DNA from: an uncultured Prochlorococcus sp.
GTDB taxonomy: Bacteria; Cyanobacteriota; Cyanobacteriia; PCC-6307; Cyanobiaceae
Direction of reading: 5' to 3'
DNA length: 64,000 bases
Assembly (NCBI GenBank): GCA_902527105.1
Contig: CABZNT010000002.1
Location: 96,706-160,705 of the forward strand
Shown: piece after piece, positions 61,069 through 64,000 of the stretch
Layout of the letters: each line of letters starts with the position of its first letter
Position numbering within the stretch: position 1 is the stretch's first letter
Notes under the pieces: model-generated
Database searches by the model: none
The model's input: the letters and a program-made list of their open reading frames with translations, nothing else
What the model was told of the DNA's origin: nothing
Translations under genes and position numbers: made by a program

Positions 61069-62847
61069 TTATTTTTTAATTGGAATTTTATAAATTTCAG
61101 ATATGAACTTCTTCCATAAATAAGCTGCATTCCCACTAGATAATTCAGATTCCTTGTTATCGTCGTAACCTATCCAGATCCCTGTTGTAAGGTTATCAAT
61201 GGAACCAATAAACCAGAGATCTTTATTTCCATCAGATGTTCCTGTTTTCCCATAAATTTTCTTTCCTTTTATAGAGGCCGCTTTTGAAGTACCTTCTTTT
61301 ACAGATTTTTCAAGAAGTTTATTTATTTTCTTGTTTATTTTTAAATCTAATATTTTCTTGGAAATAGATTTATTTTCCCAAATAGGTTGTTTTTTAAATG
61401 ATTCTATTTTTTCGATAATTTCAGGGCTTTGAATCTTCCCATTATTGTTTATTGCAGAATATGCATTTGTGATGTTTAAAAGATTATCTCCGTAGGCGCC
61501 AATAGCTAATGATGGGAATTCCTCAAACTCTTGCTCGTAACCTAGTCCAAATGAATTCGCTAAGTTAATAATATTTTTTAAGCCGATTTTTTTTGTTATT
61601 GATATTGGAACAATATTTGACGAACTTTTAAATGATTCAATCAAAGATATTGAACCTCTATAGTCTTCTGAAAAATTTTTTGGGCAATAACTTTCCCAGC
61701 ATATTGGTAGGTCTTCAAATTTATCGCTTAATTTTATTCCTTTTATTAATGCAGCAGCATAAGGGATTATTTTAAAAGTAGAACCTAAAGGTCTTACAGA
61801 TGAAATCACTCTATTGAATTCATTAATTGATGGATTTTTGCTAGTTATCATTGTCCTGATTAGTCCTGTGTTTGATTCGATAGATAACAGACTAAATTCA
61901 AGTTCTTTAGGCCCTGCGTATCTTGATATTTTTTGACCTTTTTCTTGCCAATTTTTGTTGATAGAAGATTTAATTCTTAAAAACTTATAATCATTTTTAC
62001 TTCCAATTTTTTTATCTGTTTCCTGAAGAATAAAGTTTATTAGTAATTTATCATCTAAAAAATTATCAGTTGTTTGATAATTTAACTTTATTTTTTCTTT
62101 AATAGCCTTATTCTTATTTACAAGAGAAATATATCCATCAACATACATTGATTCAAGAACTTTATTTCTATTTTTAATAGCTAGTTCTAAATTTTGATAA
62201 GGTGAATAAATTGATGGAGCTGGAGCTAATCCTGCAATTAATGCGATCTCTGATAATGTCAATTCTTCTATAAATTTTCCAAAATAAACTTGGGCAGCCT
62301 CGTCTACCCCGTATGCTCCTGATCCTAGATAAATATTATTTAAATATAATTTTAAAATTTGATTTTTGTTATATCTAAATTCCAGTATGAGTGATATAAA
62401 TATTTCTTTGATTTTTCTTTGAAAACTTAAATCATTATTTAGAAAAAGTAATCTAGCAACTTGTTGTGTAATCGTACTTCCTCCCTCTTTAACATAACCA
62501 CTTCTAATATTTTGAATAAGGGCACGTGAAATACTTTTTAAATCTATTCCATTATGTTTATAAAATCTTTTATCCTCAGAAGATAAAAAGGAATGTTTGA
62601 GAAAAAAGGGAATTTTATTTTTACTATTATCTATTTCAAATTTGCCGCTTAATTTGCTTAGTATCTTATTATCAGAAGACGATATTACGTAAGAATATTT
62701 GGTTCCCCGAGACTTTTTATTTTTAGAAACGTCAAATTTTAAGGTACTAAATATTAAACTAAAAAAATAAAAAGATATTCCAGAAAAAATTAATATTGGA
62801 ATTATTAAAACAAAAGATTTGAATTTAATCTTTTGCACCTTAAGCAA
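61069..62847 (-). CDS. penicillin-binding protein 1A family
   Basis: EDKRFY.H.G, GSTITQQ, STFK, KTG. Confidence 0.92.
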   Translation of the reverse strand: MLKVQKIKFKSFVLIIPILIFSGISFYFFSLIFSTLKFDVSKNKKSRGTKYSYVISSSDNKILSKLSGKFEIDNSKNKIPFFLKHSFLSSEDKRFYKHNGIDLKSISRALIQNIRSGYVKEGGSTITQQVARLLFLNNDLSFQRKIKEIFISLILEFRYNKNQILKLYLNNIYLGSGAYGVDEAAQVYFGKFIEELTLSEIALIAGLAPAPSIYSPYQNLELAIKNRNKVLESMYVDGYISLVNKNKAIKEKIKLNYQTTDNFLDDKLLINFILQETDKKIGSKNDYKFLRIKSSINKNWQEKGQKISRYAGPKELEFSLLSIESNTGLIRTMITSKNPSINEFNRVISSVRPLGSTFKIIPYAAALIKGIKLSDKFEDLPICWESYCPKNFSEDYRGSISLIESFKSSSNIVPISITKKIGLKNIINLANSFGLGYEQEFEEFPSLAIGAYGDNLLNITNAYSAINNNGKIQSPEIIEKIESFKKQPIWENKSISKKILDLKINKKINKLLEKSVKEGTSKAASIKGKKIYGKTGTSDGNKDLWFIGSIDNLTTGIWIGYDDNKESELSSGNAAYLWKKFISEIYKIPIKK

Positions 62848-63787
62848 CTAAAAAACTATGTCCTATCGCTAAAGCTGTAACTAACATTCCAGTTATAAGG
62901 AAAGGTTGGGCACTTGCTTGATATTTGACATCAAACTTTAGAGGATCTCTTAGTAACCACATATCTTGAAATGTAATTTGTGGAATTACCAATAAAACTA
63001 AAATTACAGAGGCTAAATGTTGACCAATAATGATTAGTACTGCAACCATTGCTAATTGAAAAATATCAATCAGTCCTGCACTTATTCTACTTGCATTTTT
63101 AATTCCAAATACTACTGGTAGAGAATTCAAGCCTAGCTTTGAGTCTCCTTCAACACTTTTGAAATCATTAATAACAGCAATTCCAAGTCCTGAGAGGCTA
63201 TAAGCAAGTGTTAGTATTGCCGTCACGATTGTTAATTTCCCAAACAAGGCTTGTCCTGCCCACCAAGGTAAAGCTATATAAGATGCTCCTAATGCATAAT
63301 TTCCAAGCCAACCATTCTGTTTTAATTTGAGTGGTGGAGCAGAATATATATAACTAACAAAGGAACCTCCTAATGCCAAAAGTAAGACGGAGGGGAAGCT
63401 GTGCTTAGCGTATAAATCTAATAGAAAAGCAACTATTAAGCCCGCTATAAGTAATACCCAGATTTGTATTTTTACATCTTTAATCGAAATTTTCCCAGAA
63501 GGAATTGGTCTATTTGGTTCATTAATTGCATCAATTTCTTTATCAAAGAAATCATTTATGGTTTGTGTATAACCTGCCAGAAGTGGCCCACTCATTAACA
63601 TACATGCTAGTGAAGCTAAAACATTACTAAATGTCCATTCAAAATTTCCACTTGCGGCTGCTCCGCAAATAACTCCCCATATCAAAGGTATCCAGGTTAT
63701 TGGCTTCATTAACTGTATACGAAGTTTCCATATACTTGAAGTTTCAGATGCACCCTTGATTCCTAAAAGTTGTTTTGGATCATTCAC
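62840..63787 (-). CDS. chlG: chlorophyll synthase
   Basis: LMKPITW, INEP.RPIPSG, NDFKSVEGD. Confidence 0.96.
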   Translation of the reverse strand: MNDPKQLLGIKGASETSSIWKLRIQLMKPITWIPLIWGVICGAAASGNFEWTFSNVLASLACMLMSGPLLAGYTQTINDFFDKEIDAINEPNRPIPSGKISIKDVKIQIWVLLIAGLIVAFLLDLYAKHSFPSVLLLALGGSFVSYIYSAPPLKLKQNGWLGNYALGASYIALPWWAGQALFGKLTIVTAILTLAYSLSGLGIAVINDFKSVEGDSKLGLNSLPVVFGIKNASRISAGLIDIFQLAMVAVLIIIGQHLASVILVLLVIPQITFQDMWLLRDPLKFDVKYQASAQPFLITGMLVTALAIGHSFLVA

Positions 63788-63795
63788 TTTACTCT

Positions 63796-64000
63796 TTAAC
63801 CTTTCTCAATTTCTTCTGGGAAAAACCAGTTTTGCTCACCATTCTGAAATTTTGCGGTGATTCCAATACTCCTGCCGTCTGTCATCTTATAGCCTGTTAT
63901 TACGGCTTTAGGATTAGAGGATATTTGATCAATTAATTTCGTTGGTAGTCTGTCTTTTACTTTGTTAATGTTAATTTTGATTTTACTACCTATTTTGGGT
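63796..64000 (-). CDS. PetP/DUF2862 family protein (5' truncated by the window)
   Basis: ...VKDRLP...GYKMTDGRSIG...WFFPEEI. Confidence 0.8.
   Translation of the reverse strand, partial: PKIGSKIKININKVKDRLPTKLIDQISSNPKAVITGYKMTDGRSIGITAKFQNGEQNWFFPEEIEKG

Overview
Low-GC marine picocyanobacterial chromosome segment. Gene content, order and A+T richness point to a high-light Prochlorococcus (inference). Bases 1-22.8 kb form a genomic-island-like tract. It holds many small hypothetical genes and ORFs under 60 aa that the ORF track missed, plus PTOX, a carotenoid oxidoreductase, BCP, ArfB, pip, a photolyase and tenA-thiD, and it ends at the 3' end of a tRNA-Tyr/tRNA-Thr pair. The rest is mostly core genome (aroQ, miaE, cobI, der, pipX-pipY-sepF-proC, recO, hpf, lipB, pdhC, queA, cysK, rpsD, murE, mqo, lepA, trmH, rsmB, PBP1A, chlG). 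The most notable observation is a ~1.72-kb integrase-less element inserted exactly at the pdhC start codon. It has a duplicated core, a reconstructable symmetric attP-like site, TAGACA arm-like repeats, a TPR cargo gene and a replacement pdhC promoter. Other highlights: a candidate ~300-nt structured ncRNA upstream of pip; repeated AGTCGA junction motifs between small island genes; an unannotated HLIP-like ORF; a poly-Q micro-ORF; LexA boxes; and an NtcA site plus glutamine-II riboswitch upstream of a DUF4278 gene. All family assignments come from motif recognition by eye; no database searches were run.
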